This document shows, piece by piece, positions 37,890-50,196 of a stretch of 64,000 nt of DNA. The position numbers were made by a program, and so were the translations under genes. Below the pieces are notes generated by a model. It was not told the origin of the DNA, ran no database searches, and was given only the letters and a program-made list of their open reading frames with translations. The stretch covers positions 80,104,001-80,168,000 of the forward strand of contig CM060732.1 of NCBI GenBank assembly GCA_030704615.1, written 5' to 3'. Position 1 is the stretch's first letter; each line of letters opens with the position of its first letter. This DNA comes from Takakia lepidozioides. Its lineage: Eukaryota; Plantae; Bryophyta.

Positions 37890-40036
37890 CATCCTCATCC
37901 TCATATTCATGGAGGACTCAGAGCTATCCGATGAAGCCTGATGACTTCCGCGCCCTTGGCCAGAGCACCTAAAGGAGGTGGCGTTCCCCTAAAGTCCCAC
38001 AGAGCTCTCATCCAAGCCCTGGCCATAACCCCCGCCCTTTCCATACTAGTGCCCTGTAGTGCACTCATTCCCTCCGTGTTTGGCCATGTTCTTCATGAGG
38101 GATTGTCAACCCATGCCTCTTGGCGTAGTTGTACTCTACTACTGAGATGGCTTCCTCTCCAACCACACGCGTTGCCTACAACACATTCCACAAATTAAAG
38201 TCAGTTCTTCAAGTGATGGAGCTAGAAAGAAGACATAACAAAATACATAAGGAAGTAGTGACTTACAAATCGCAAGATAAAACCCTGGATCCGTCGGCGC
38301 GCCCCCCTTGTGTGTGGATTCATGCTTGTCAAGGCGGACTGTTGTTGTTTCGCGTGCCCGCTCAAATTTGGCCTTGTTTGCTGCATCTTCTCTCTCTCTC
38401 AATCCGCAAGAGTGCATCCCACTGATACCTATGCCCCCCCCCCCCCCAACAATTAGTGAATTACACACACATACGTTGCATCGAATCCACCTCATTAATG
38501 TACATGTGACAAATGGAGGTGAAATGATTCAGGATTTGCCAATCTGTGTAATTCCATAAGGTGGTTTGGGTATGGCCGCCATTTTCCATTGCCCTCCGAA
38601 TGATCTGTCTGGCACGTACCGTCCTGTCCTTCAAGTTCGCCCCACCACTCCATCACCCTTATGTCACTCCAATTGCCCAGAAACCCGGCGGTCTAACTCA
38701 CAGGCATAACGCCCGCTTGCGCCAAAGTACTGATCAGCCCATCAATGTGCAAAGGAAACCTGCACCTCATTGCGAGTTCGAAGACTGCTTCTTCTTCATA
38801 GCCTCCCAGACGCACCGCAGGGGTCACCATGGCGATTCAACCTCCACCGGTTGTTCCACGATCTTTGCCAACACTCCACGTCCTCTATCGCCAAGGCCAT
38901 GTTCTTCTTCTTCCCACCCTCTCCCTTCTTTGTAGCCCTCCTTCCCCTGCTCCTTTGTTACCCCACTCTGCCCTCCCCCGCATACACACTCACTCCTTCC
39001 TCTCCATTGGACTTTTCTTCTTCTTCTTCTTCTTTTCCTTCCCCTTCTGCACGACCATCTCCTTCCCCTTTCCTCGCTACTTCCTCTCTCTCTTCTCCCC
39101 TCTCCTTCTCTCTCTCTGGCGCCCCTTCATTGACGGTAAAAGGGATCTCGGGAGGTCGAGGCCTCTTCTTCTTACCTTTGGTGTTCGGGTCCTTCATGAA
39201 CACCACGTGCTCTCCCTCATTGGAAACCCCATCGGACTGCACCAATGAGGCCAGCCATGTTGCTTGCCTCCTGAAGACAAATAACCCCCCCAAATTCAAA
39301 AAAAGAAACAAACAACAAAGAAAATCATGCATGCAAAGAAAGGACAAAACATGGAACAAGGTGCGATGTCCAGTTGTACCTTTGCAAGCTTGTCCAACTC
39401 ACCTCCGGTGTCACCCAATGTGGCAGCAATCCCCGTTGCCGGATGTGCCCGCGCTATCCCCTCCGGAGCGCCACTGGAAGTAGGTTCCAGATGTGGAGCA
39501 TAGCCAGTGGTTGCGCCCCGTAGTCTAGGCCCTTCTTTGCTGATCGCTCAGGCACAGGGGGCGGCGTCGCTGATCGGCTAGGCCGCTCCAAACCGGCCCA
39601 TACCTCCCTCCCCCCCCCCCCCCCAAATGCGTAGTAGGGTTCGAAGCCCTCACCCACCCCTGCTTGACTACTTCGAGGCGCTTTGGCTATCTCGGCCACT
39701 TCATTGGTCCTCCTTCATCTCCTCCTCCCTCATCGCAAACATTGGGCTAGCAACGCCATTTTCAAAGGCCCTTGAACTACGTTGGGCCTTGGCAAGTGCA
39801 ACCTTCGCTGCGGAGGAAGGGGTCGTTATGGGGGTGACATCCCAAAGTTGCCCATACCGGGCCCCCGAACGGGTGATGTGTTTGCCTAGGTACATTTCAC
39901 CCGTCTTGGTGGCCGAGGGTGTGCTCAACTGAGCATCCGACTCAGCAACAACCTCCCGAATACGAGAGCTGGCTGAGCCGGCCCCTAGCGCATCCAAGAT
40001 GGGGACAAGAGGGGGGGTACTGGCCTTAGGGGGCAA
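37890..40036 (-). pseudogene. Degenerate unknown ORF(s), possibly an accessory gene of the adjacent element
   Basis: Broken ORFs 39701-40036, 39454-39699 and 38958-39359 with an acidic/basic low-complexity tract. Same strand as gag. No family recognised. Confidence 0.3.
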
Positions 40037-40384
40037 ATGAGCCCTCCGGCTGCAGCTCTCGACGGGGCTGATAAATAAACCGTGAGACGCCCTGGCACGT
40101 CACACGTTCTGGCAGAGCAATATATTGTCCGCCCTTTTCTTTGGGCAAGGGACTTCTTTTTCTTCTTTCCCATAAGCTCGCACCTATCATGCAAACCCAC
40201 AAGTTGGCCTCATTAGAAAACAACCTCTACATTCCAGATCCAAAACAAAAAAAACCAAGCATGTCGGGGGCTGAGAGCAGCAAGTGTTGGGGGTCTCGAG
40301 AGGAGGCAACCCCGAGAAAAGAAAAAGGTTCTTGGCGTGACTGAGCAGCAGCAGCTGCTGCTGAGCACCACTTGCTCAGTCACT

Positions 40385-40450
40385 CCCCCCCCCCCCCCAC
40401 ATTTTTTTTTTTTTTTTTTTGTTTCCTGATCTCTCCTCTCTCTCTGTCTA

Positions 40451-40543
<93 letters not shown>
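40385..40543. repeat. Poly-C / poly-T tracts and (CT)n microsatellite
   Basis: Directly visible in the sequence. Confidence 0.95.
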
Positions 40544-40545
<2 letters not shown>

Positions 40546-41349
40546 CTGCTCACAAAAATAAACAAACCACAAAGGAGAGAGGGTGTAGAAAAAGTTAAAA
40601 GATATACTTTTTGTCATGTCAAGACAAAGACAGGACCCCTAGGGTCGTTGTCATGAATAAGAAGAATAATCAAACATATCAGCCACTTAACAGTGGCACC
40701 ATCCATCAATCATCAAGCTTAGAAAATCCAGAATTACATCCATGCACAGTAATGTGTTCATGTCAGTATTATTCATAACCCAAAGAGTATTCCACTGATG
40801 TTGATTGACCATGATACACATTCAGAGGTCTGGGTGGGATGGCGGGTACTTGGCCATATTTTGGCCTTGATGTGGTGCAGGTCATGGTCATATTTACTGT
40901 CCGTAAGCTGTAATCCAAGCATACTTACTCAAACCCCATGGGTGTCATGGAGGTTTTTTTTTTTTTAAAAGGAAAAAGAACACTTGGATATCACAGATTT
41001 AAATACCTTGCCCTGCCAGTATTTGTTTAAACTGGTCTGCAGCACAGCTTGCCCCCATAGGGAAGGGGGATATGTCTGGTAAGTTTTCCAGTATACCCCC
41101 ATATCATTATTTCTTGCTACAGCTGAAAATCAAAGTTCATGAAACAGCAAGGTAAAAATAAAGGACTGCATACACAGTATATGATACTGTCAGCACACCC
41201 TACTCACATCATTCCACATTTGACCATGTCATTGCACCATGTCCAGGGGGTATTTCCACTTAACCACCCTGGCTGCCTCAAAAACCAATTATATTGCTGT
41301 CATATTTCAGCGTCAGCCGAATAGCCATAGGCAGAATCTTCACCATACC

Positions 41350-44296
41350 CTAGCCTAAGCATCTAGCTAACAGAGCCATGGATGGCAAGAAATGGAAAGA
41401 GGCAGAGGACGAACAATACAATGCCCTGATGAAAAATAATACGTGGGAACTCACCAAGCTCCCTGAAAGACGCAAAGCTGTTGGTAACAAATGGGTCTTC
41501 AGCATCATGAGAAAAGCAAATGGTGAAGTTGATCGGTACCGTCCGATTGGTAAGGGTTCTCCCAGACACAAGGTATTGATTTTTACGAGACATTTGCTCC
41601 AGTGGCAAAGTTTGCATCAATTCGCACAATGCTAGCCATTGCCGCAACACTTGACTTGGAGATACAACAAATGGACGTCAAGAGTGCCTTCCTCAATAGA
41701 GAACTGTGTGAGACTGTGTTCATGGAACAACCCGAAGGTTATGAAAGCTGTGAACACAAGGGGCTCGTTTGTAAGCTAAAGAATGCCATTTATGGCTTGA
41801 AACAGGCTCAAAGGGTGTGGAACGACAAGATAAATGATTTCTTTACACGTCTTGGTTTCAGAAGATGCCACTCGGATCACAGTGTTTACAAGTTCTCAGA
41901 TGAGAAAGGTGTGCAGCTCTTTTTGGCCTTGTATATAGATGACCTACTGATTTTTGGGAAAGACATGAATGCCATTAACGAGGTGAAGGAAGCACTCTCT
42001 CGTGAGTTTGAGATGAAAGATATAGGTGAACCAGAGTACTCCATAGGGATCCAAGTGGTGAGGGACAGAAAGAGAAAGAGCATCAGTCTCGGCCAACCAA
42101 AGTATGTGGGAGAGATTCTAAGTCGCTTTGGCATGCTGAACTGTAAATGTGTGAGAACGCCCCTGGACATCAACATGAAGCTTGTCAAAGGAGAGCAGAC
42201 AAGGAAACAAGAGGAGATTAATGCCATGCAAGGAGTGCCCTACAAGGAGGTCGTCGGCAGTCTCATGTTTGCTATGGTCGCCACTAGACCTGACCTTGCT
42301 ACACCGGTAGGAATGGTGAGTCAATATATGCAGGATCCAACCTTAATGCATTGGCAGGCTGTGAAGCGGATCTTGAGATACCTTCAAGAGACAAGGGATT
42401 ATTGGCTTCATTACTCTGGGGATGGAGTAATTCTCTCTGGCTTGTGCAATGCTAATTGGGGAGGCGATTTGGACACTAGGAGGTCCACCACTGGATTCGC
42501 ATTCCTTCTCAACAATGCTGCAATCACTTGGTCAAGCCGGAAGCAACCCACTGTGGCTCTGTCAACAACAGAGGCGGAGTACATGGCTGCATCCCAAGCC
42601 ACTCGCGAAACAATGTGGTTGCGGAGATTCTTATGTGAATTGGGTTTAGAGCAAAAGGGAGGGACTGTCATCTCCACTGATAGTCAAGGAAGCCTCGCTC
42701 TTATCATGAACCCGGTGCATCACAAAAGAACCAAGCACATAGACATCCAACACCACTATGTGCGCGAGATGGTGGCTGCTCAAGAAGTCAGATTTGAATA
42801 TTGCCCTTTCTGAAAGGTTGGGTGCAGATATTCTTACAAAGCCCCTGTCTGGACCGATGCATTGGCGATGCCTAGAATGGTTGGGTCTGCGACATCTCAC
42901 GCTTGACACTTGAGTGGGAGTGTCAACGGTCAAGTGGTCAAACTGAGATTCCAGCCACTTGGAACCTTCATCGTAGGCATGAATTGAGGAGCGAGCGGTG
43001 GGCTCATCGTTGCAGCTATAGTTTTGGAGAGAGAGACGTGCACCGCTCAGGGATATCTTCAGCGAGATAGACATGCACCGCTCAAGGATTTTTAGCAGGA
43101 CTGGCTCATGTATATAGTGTGTTGCTTTATCAATGAAGGATGTGCCTTCATCTAGGGAATTCCAAAAAGGCCTTGATGTGAAATGCATCGCAATTCACTT
43201 GATCACCCCCTAAAAGTGCGCAATTCAATTGAACTAACCCTAATTTGCAATTCAATTGAATTGTCGGCACACGATTCAATTGAATTGCGAATTGGCAATT
43301 CAATTGAATTGTAATCTATAATTTTTAACTTATTTTTGTATATAATATATAATATATAATATATATGTACATGTATATATTCAAACTATATTTATACACA
43401 TATAAGAGTATAAGCTAAAAATACATGTTGCCCGTCTATTCTTGCTGGCCCTCTTTCTTGTGCCCTTGAGGAAATTGTGGAGCTGTGAAACCACCCTCAG
43501 CCTCAGCGAGAAAGGGAGAGCCAGAGACGGAGACAGATCAGCAGCTTCCTGTGATTCATTGGCAAAAGAAACATGGCTGGCTCCGAAAAAAACAGACAAA
43601 ATCAAACCTGACAATTGATGAAAGGCTTCCCCTGCATCACCATGTAGTCCCCTAACACTAGTATCTGGCCCAGGACAAAGAAAACAAAAAATATGTTCAT
43701 CTTGAGAATTATCAAAAATTTGGATACCCTTACAAAGGTATCATGTTGAAGTTGGGATGTGTGTTCTATATATATCAAACTCTTACACGTTGATACTCTT
43801 ACATTGGTATCATGTTTGGTATATGTACATAGCCATATATTGGCACCAACATCCACAAAGCTTCGTGACTTCCCCTCTCTCTCTCTCCCTCTCTCGCTCT
43901 CCCTTAGGCTTATCTTGGGCTCAAGCCTTACCACAGGCAAAGGATTGACAGACGGACAGCAAGAATAGACAGGCAACATGTATTTTTAGCTTATACCTGT
44001 GTATGTATATATGTATAATTTAAATATATACATATATATATTATATACAGAAATAAGTTAAAAATTATAGATTACAATTCAATTGAATTGTAGTCAGCAA
44101 TTCAATTGAATTGCGAGTTGACAATTCAATTCAATTGCGCACTTTTAGGGGGTGATCAAGTGAATTGCGATGCATTTCACATCAAGGCCTTTTTGGAATT
44201 CCCTATTCGCCTCCAAAACTTTCTACTTGTCTAGCACCTTGCACACTTTAGCCTCTGCTCAAGCTCCTCACCATGGGGGACTCTGAAAGCTCACAA
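41350..44296 (+). mobile_element. 5'-truncated Ty1/Copia element: RT-RNase H, PPT and interrupted 3' LTR
   Basis: WKEAEDEQYNALMKNNTWEL, QMDVKSAFL, LKNAIYGLKQA, LYIDDLL, ALSTTEAEY and RTKHIDIQHHYVRE motifs, with a frameshift near 41570. PPT gagtgggag at 42912-42920 is followed by TG at 42921. The LTR may end at ...aagctcaca (~44296). Confidence 0.9.
43153..44205. mobile_element. Long-TIR foldback element with TA target duplication and ~510 bp internal cargo, inserted in the Copia LTR
   Basis: TA|GGGAATTCCAAAAAGGCCTTGATGTGAAATGC... versus ...GCATTTCACATCAAGGCCTTTTTGGAATTCCC|TA. Arms span 43155-43447 and 43957-44203. Confidence 0.9.
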
Positions 44297-44568
44297 CTTA
44301 CATGTATTGCTCTTGATAAAGCTTAGTCCTCTTTCAAATGAACGATCGGATCGGTTCCTTCTTGATCATAAAAAAAATGTACACATGAATTGCTGATCTG
44401 AAGAGGTGGTTTTAGCTAACTAGTCGATATTGTACATTGATCAGCTAAGTTGGTCTCAATCAAGACCATCGACTTTGAATCATGACATGAATATACTACC
44501 ACTACAGGTCAAGTAGTTAACTTGTAACGGATGCAGGCCTATTGCCGCTGGAAGCTTATTCTACAAAT

Positions 44569-46764
44569 CTAGCAGTCATGGGCGAAAGGCCCGGGAGTTC
44601 CAGTCCAACCTTCAACACACTTGAGGAGAGGAGTCACAAGTTTTCCCTCTGAGATGGCCTCATACACCTTCTCAATCTCTTGGCCAGGAGACACACTTCT
44701 CAACCCTGACAACAACTGGGTGCCCAACTCTGACCGCACAAACTTGTAGAGAGGGTAAGTTCTGCACTCCTCAATCCGGTTAGGTACCGGGGAGTATCCC
44801 TTGTTATCGTAGGCCTCACGGACTAGAGGTACCTTAGCATTCAGGCATGTCGTCAACTCCTCTTCAAAGGCAGAAATCCTGTGGAACACAGAGGTGGATT
44901 CCAATTTCTCGTTCTTGGGGTTTTGAAGAGCGTGTTGCACCAGCACTTCCCTCAACTTTTGCATCAGGGGGTAAGATAGACTTGTTGCATCGTCGATGTA
45001 GCTGAAAACAGGTTGGCAATTCACCACGCGCAACAGATCTTTCTCGCAGAACCGTGCTGGCAAAAAGGCACCGTTACTGCTTGTGAAGAGCGTCTTCTTA
45101 GCAACCTGGGAAACAATTTGTCTGACTGTCGTCTGCATTGTCTCCTCGATGTGACGAAGGTCGATGGCCTGGCACAGACCTACCAAGAATGTGGAGCTCA
45201 TGAGCTTAAGAATCTCAATAGATTCCTCAGTCTTGCGGGCGGACACCAATCCCAGCGAGTTCACATCCTGGTTGTGCTGCTCAGCACTTTGTACATGGGT
45301 GGTCACTGGGTTGGCCAAGTAGTTCAGTTCTGAGAGGTAGGAAGCCATGGCTATCTCCCCTCCCTTCATGCCATAGTCCAGGCTGGGGTTAGGTCCTCCG
45401 CTCAGGTTTGAGGGCAACCCATTGTTGTAGTAGTCGTTGACTAGCTCAGAGAACTGTGCAAACATGAGCTTCCCAATCGCAGCGATGGCCAACCGCATGT
45501 TGTCCATGGAGACTCCAATCGGGGTTCCCTGGAAGTTTCCGCCGTGAAGGGCTCTGTCCCCGGCAGCGTCGATGATGGGGTTATCGTTCACAGAGTTGAT
45601 TTCTCTTTGAATGGCGTGTGTGGCATTGCGAATTACCTCCACCTGCGGCCCCAGCCATTGTGGGGAAGTACGCAGCGCATATCGATCCTGCTTGGGTTTC
45701 GTCAATGGGTCAGTCTCATGCAGCTGTGCAGCTGCCTTCATGTAGGAGCTTCCATCGAGCACCCACTCCATAATCGCAGCCGCCTCCATCTGGCCTGGGT
45801 GGTGCTTTAGTTTGTGCGTCAGCGGATCAGCGAACTCGGGCTTCCCTTGCATCACTTCGCAGAACAGCGCAGACAGAACTTCAGCGAGTAGCACCATCAC
45901 ATTGGCATCAAAGCAGACGGTGGAAGCCAAGGCTGACCCCACCGCTGTTCCGTTGACGATGGCCAGGCCTTCCTTGGGCTGCAATTCAAACGGTTTCTCG
46001 ACCCCAGCGAGTCGTAGAGCTTCCAAGGCAGACACCTCCTTCCCGTCGCCAGTCACGGCTCTGGAGTTGGGTCTATTCGTAAGTAGTCCCGCGATGTAAG
46101 ACAAAGGAACAAGGTCTCCCGAAGCAGTAACGGTCCCTCGCAGTGGCAACTTGGGTGTGACATTTGCATTTAGAAGCTTTTCCATGGCTTCCAGAATCTC
46201 CCACCGAATTCCTGAGTATCCCTGCATCAATGTATTGGTGCGCACAAGCATGGCTGCCCGCGTGGTGCACGTCGGGAGGGTGTTGCTATTGCCCTTACCG
46301 AGGACTCCCGCATTCAGAAACCTAATTAGCTCTCTCTGGAGCTCCACTCCTTGCTGTGTACGCCGGTGAGAGGTGGCTCCAAAACCAGTTGTGACGCCAT
46401 AGATATCACCCCCGTTCATGATCTTCTGGAGAACCCAGTTGGAGCTTTCATCTACTCGATTCTTGGCATTGGCGGCATCCAGCAACACTCTCACTTCTGG
46501 TCGGCGGGCCACGGCTGCCACCTGACCTACCGTCAAAGTCACCCCTTCAATGGCTACTTCAGTTGCCTCGTAAAATGTCTTCACCATATCTTTAACCTCG
46601 TCCAAATGGCTGCTTCTCATGGCTGCCGCTGCTCTCGCCCAGTTTAGAGGGTCCGCAACCTGGACGTGAGCAGAACAAAAAGAATCATCTCCAGTATGGT
46701 AGTGCAGGGATTTCGCTGCATTTCCGTTCATGGTCACCTGAGCTTCGTGGGCCATCTGCACCAT
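44569..46764 (-). CDS. PAL: Phenylalanine ammonia-lyase, intronless
   Basis: [29 protein letters not shown] (Phe at the specificity position), MIO motif [21 protein letters not shown] and [11 protein letters not shown]. The first ATG is at 46764, with an alternative at 46755. Confidence 0.97.
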   Translation of the reverse strand: MVQMAHEAQVTMNGNAAKSLHYHTGDDSFCSAHVQVADPLNWARAAAAMRSSHLDEVKDMVKTFYEATEVAIEGVTLTVGQVAAVARRPEVRVLLDAANAKNRVDESSNWVLQKIMNGGDIYGVTTGFGATSHRRTQQGVELQRELIRFLNAGVLGKGNSNTLPTCTTRAAMLVRTNTLMQGYSGIRWEILEAMEKLLNANVTPKLPLRGTVTASGDLVPLSYIAGLLTNRPNSRAVTGDGKEVSALEALRLAGVEKPFELQPKEGLAIVNGTAVGSALASTVCFDANVMVLLAEVLSALFCEVMQGKPEFADPLTHKLKHHPGQMEAAAIMEWVLDGSSYMKAAAQLHETDPLTKPKQDRYALRTSPQWLGPQVEVIRNATHAIQREINSVNDNPIIDAAGDRALHGGNFQGTPIGVSMDNMRLAIAAIGKLMFAQFSELVNDYYNNGLPSNLSGGPNPSLDYGMKGGEIAMASYLSELNYLANPVTTHVQSAEQHNQDVNSLGLVSARKTEESIEILKLMSSTFLVGLCQAIDLRHIEETMQTTVRQIVSQVAKKTLFTSSNGAFLPARFCEKDLLRVVNCQPVFSYIDDATSLSYPLMQKLREVLVQHALQNPKNEKLESTSVFHRISAFEEELTTCLNAKVPLVREAYDNKGYSPVPNRIEECRTYPLYKFVRSELGTQLLSGLRSVSPGQEIEKVYEAISEGKLVTPLLKCVEGWTGTPGPFAHDC

Positions 46765-46882
46765 TCTGCTGCTGGAATTAGAGCGAGACCCTTCGAGAGG
46801 TTGTAAATTGGTATGGATTAGACAATGCAACACTGATTGCACAACCTGGCAACGACTAACTGGTGCTGGAATGAGGGAGCGG

Positions 46883-46891
46883 TATATATAT
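46883..46891 (-). promoter_or_regulatory. Probable PAL TATA box
   Basis: TATATATA about 120 bp upstream of the ATG. AC-rich MYB-like motifs (CTAACC, ACAACC) lie further upstream at ~46985-47140. Confidence 0.45.
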
Positions 46892-48671
46892 GCCGATCAG
46901 CTCTGAATGCGTAGAGAAAACTGGGGAGGCCGGGAGAGATCACAGACTCTATTGTTTTCCCATCTACAACTCAGCTAGATGAGGTTGTTGTGATGGTGAG
47001 AGCAGGAATATGAAGCTGCTCTTTATACGTTGTTTGAAGCTACAGTCAAATTGGCCTACCAGTGGGTGATCGCCATGGTGGCTAGCTGATTTGACTTAGT
47101 CCGGGGTGAGAGAAACGAGCTGAGAGAGAGAGGTTAGTCAAAGTTGTCGCCTTCGTTTTCATCCATATCCGACTGATGTTTCATCCAACAGTGCTTTGAT
47201 TGGCTCAGGTTTTCGAAGGATGATGCTATTTGTCATCCATGGGGGCGTAGTCAGTGTCAAGTACGCGTGGTGCGATCCGTCAACAATCTCCGCGCTCAGC
47301 ACTCCTGCTTTGACTGCAGGTATCCAACTCAGTCTCTGGACGCCTGCACTCCTCTTTGAAGAGACTATGGTCCATGCGAGACTCGGTGCACACCACAGTG
47401 GACCTGCCAGGTTGAATTGGGAATACTTGAACACACCCTAAGTAATTTAGTTATAGTAACGAAGTGTATAAGACTGATCACATGAGCACTAGATTGGTCA
47501 TGCCAGAAGGAGTTTGATACTTGAGATCAAAGTTGTAATTTCTAGAAAAATACTCACTAGAGTGACTGGTGCACTGGAAATATGACAACAGGTATCAATT
47601 TAGGCTGTTACATCCGAAAAAGTAGCATTTCAAGGTCATATTTAATGGCAGAAATGGTGAATTGAAATCTTGTTTGACATCCAGTGTTCAAGATTGGCTG
47701 TCATAGTTAGAAAGACTTAAGATGCAGGTTTGGTTAATGTTAAAGCAACATCAACCGTTCAGCAGAGCTAGCGGCACATTGGACTCTAGATAGTCATTGC
47801 ACTGTCGTTTTCAGGTCCGGAAGAGGCCGCCTGTGAAGTCCAGGGGCTAGTGTAGTATTCTGGACATTGAAGCTGAACCTGATTCAAGGATGTAAGACGA
47901 CCGTCCCCTGATCTGTACTCATTTGTGCTGGCAAGCTGGGGACAGCCTGTGGACTTTTCTGGTCAAGAGCTCGTCAAACATCTCAAGCTGAGCACTGCAA
48001 GTTAAAAGACGCTGCAACCATTCGCATATTTTTTTACTTCATCTAACGTCACTTGAGTAAGTTAAATTCAGAGAGCTCTTGATCATGTTGTTAATTTCTC
48101 AGCCATCTTGTAGACAACTGGTTCTTAATCAGATATAAATGTACCTACACAATCCTCGAGATCTATCAATACAACAGAGGAATTTTATTTAACATGCTCA
48201 GATGTCAATTGGCCTGCGAGGTCTGATCAACGTCCTAGCACATCTGGCTAACATTAAAAAGATTTGGAGAATGATAGTCAATGGAAACTTTGATAATTAT
48301 CTACTGTCATTCTGGTGACTCGGATTATAATATGACTGTGGTGTTGCAAAAGACCATGTACATAAAACAAGGCAGTTGCAGAGTTTACAGAGAAAAATTT
48401 GTGAAACGTTTCATCGTAGGTTCAAGCAGTTGCCTTTCAATCTTCAAATGTGACCATATATTTTCTTGGTCACCTCTTAAGAAGCCTGCCACTACCCACT
48501 AGGATTAAATTGCCACCACTACGTAACACCGATGTGAGGTCTGTTTTTGAGCAGGCTAGCTAGTACGTCACGGAAAGCTAATGGAATCTCATAGATTTGC
48601 TAACCCTATGCTTGATAACAACTTCAATAGAATAGTACACTTGATTTCTATCCTAGAATATAGCCCTATCC

Positions 48672-49280
48672 TCAATATGGATCCATATCGTTGGTGAGAT
48701 TCATGGTCGCTCTTAGCTGCCGCAGACGAAATAGCTTTTCATGGATAGATAGTTCTTCCCCCGAGGCATTGTGTGTGGCCATGCCAGCCTGGACCTTCAT
48801 ATGATACGCAGCTTTCTTCTTGGGGCTGACAGGCTGAGGTATCAGACCAGCCTTCTTTTGAGTTGATGCAGCAGCCTGAGATATGCCTGTAGTAAAATCA
48901 GGTTCTGCAACTGGTACGACATCACCATGCATGCCTCTGCGTCTTTTGCGCAATTGTCCACCCAAAGTGAACGTGAATTTCTCGCAATGTCCACTCTGAC
49001 ATATATAGCGAGGTTGACCTTTCGCCCCATTGTTGAAATACAGGAATTTGATCTTATCCGAGAAACAACGCGGGCAACACTTATCACCTGAGTGGTCCGT
49101 AGAGGTACTTGGAAGCTGGGTGTCTTCAGGCTCTCTCCTTCGTGTCCTTCGATTTGTCGTTTCTCGACCAGAACCGGTCACTGATCCTTTGCGCTCCAGA
49201 ACATACTCCGAAAAATCGGTCTCGCCCACCTGGTGGCCGTAGTATCCATGTCCAGTATCGCAAACCCTCCCGCGAGTCAT
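48672..49280 (-). CDS. Divergent Dof-type zinc-finger protein
   Basis: CPRCFSDKIKFLYFNNGAKGQPRYICQSGHCEKFTFTLGGQLR aligns to the Dof consensus CPRCxSxxTKFCYYNNYxxxQPRxFCxxCxRYWTxGGxLR. The first in-frame ATG is at 49280. Confidence 0.75.
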   Translation of the reverse strand: MTRGRVCDTGHGYYGHQVGETDFSEYVLERKGSVTGSGRETTNRRTRRREPEDTQLPSTSTDHSGDKCCPRCFSDKIKFLYFNNGAKGQPRYICQSGHCEKFTFTLGGQLRKRRRGMHGDVVPVAEPDFTTGISQAAASTQKKAGLIPQPVSPKKKAAYHMKVQAGMATHNASGEELSIHEKLFRLRQLRATMNLTNDMDPY

Positions 49281-49874
49281 AATATTCAGCACGACTCTGG
49301 GATCCAATCAATTGTTTGATTCTACAGTGCAACAGTCCCTTCAGAAGTAGACAGAGATGTCTGCTAGTTGCAAGAAGCTGGATAAGATTATGAAAGAGAG
49401 ACGATCTCGCGGATCTTAGAGTGCAACAGCACAACAATCGCGTACATATACATAGAGGAAAAAAGAAAGGCTCCTTCTTTCTCATCACCTATTTCGGGGT
49501 TTCCGTTCCTATTTTCAGATAAAAGAAAAAAAAAAGTTAGAAAAATAACCCTTTTGGGGCCGCTTTCTCAGCACGTTTCGCAGCAGAAACAGAAAAACAG
49601 ACCAAAAACAAATAGACACTGCCTTTAAGTAGTGTAGATTGAATTGTAGTGAACATCTGCCCAGAAGATTCTCACCACCATTCCTACATGCATCGAAGAG
49701 CGAAGACAACCCACAATCGTAGTCTACCAGTTTGTATTGAGTAATTCGTGTTCAATTGAAAGACTCTAGACTGCCTTGCAAGCTCAAAGAGAGATTTGAA
49801 ATCATGCAGACTCCCACATGACAACGTATGGAACACTCGCTGAATCCATTGTTGATTGTTTCCAGGTAGGACAG

Positions 49875-50196
49875 CCAAAGGCTTCAGTTTATGTCAGCCC
49901 CCACAAAGATGAACTACAGTCTTGAAAACATTCACTGTTACCTTCACAGCTGCAGTAAGGGAGGATCCATTTCAAGTCAAGAGGATGAGTGCTCCATATG
50001 TCACACATTCTTATGCTCAGGGGCAAAGGATGTTGAAGCTGGAGGTCTCAACTCCACTGCCAGTGAGGGGTGGCTACTTAGTCACCGTCACCGCCCCTCC
50101 CACTGCTGTCTTAGCTCCTCCATCTTCCTACATGCTGTTCCCTGCCCAGGCAGGCACACCTGGTGTAAAGCTGTCTGGATTCACATTGGAGAGTAA
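49875..50196 (+). pseudogene. Glyoxal oxidase-like pseudogene, C-terminal (DUF1929/Ig-like) fragment
   Basis: SAPYVTHSYAQGQRMLKL...VTAPPTAVLAPPSSYMLF...GTP and KAVWIHI, in shifted frames. Confidence 0.85.

Noticed and set aside
40213-40656. ERER / SLSL-rich ORFs
   Set aside because: These are translations of the (CT)n microsatellite.
45013-46647. Plus-strand ORFs overlapping PAL
   Set aside because: Antisense shadows of a conserved CDS.
46765-46842. N-terminal extension of PAL in the ORF track
   Set aside because: It begins at a non-ATG codon. The first ATG is at 46764.
47159-47441. Short ORFs upstream of PAL
   Set aside because: No recognisable motifs or splice support.
44569-50196. Biosynthetic gene cluster (PAL + oxidase + transcription factor)
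   Set aside because: The oxidase is a broken pseudogene and no other pathway enzymes are present.
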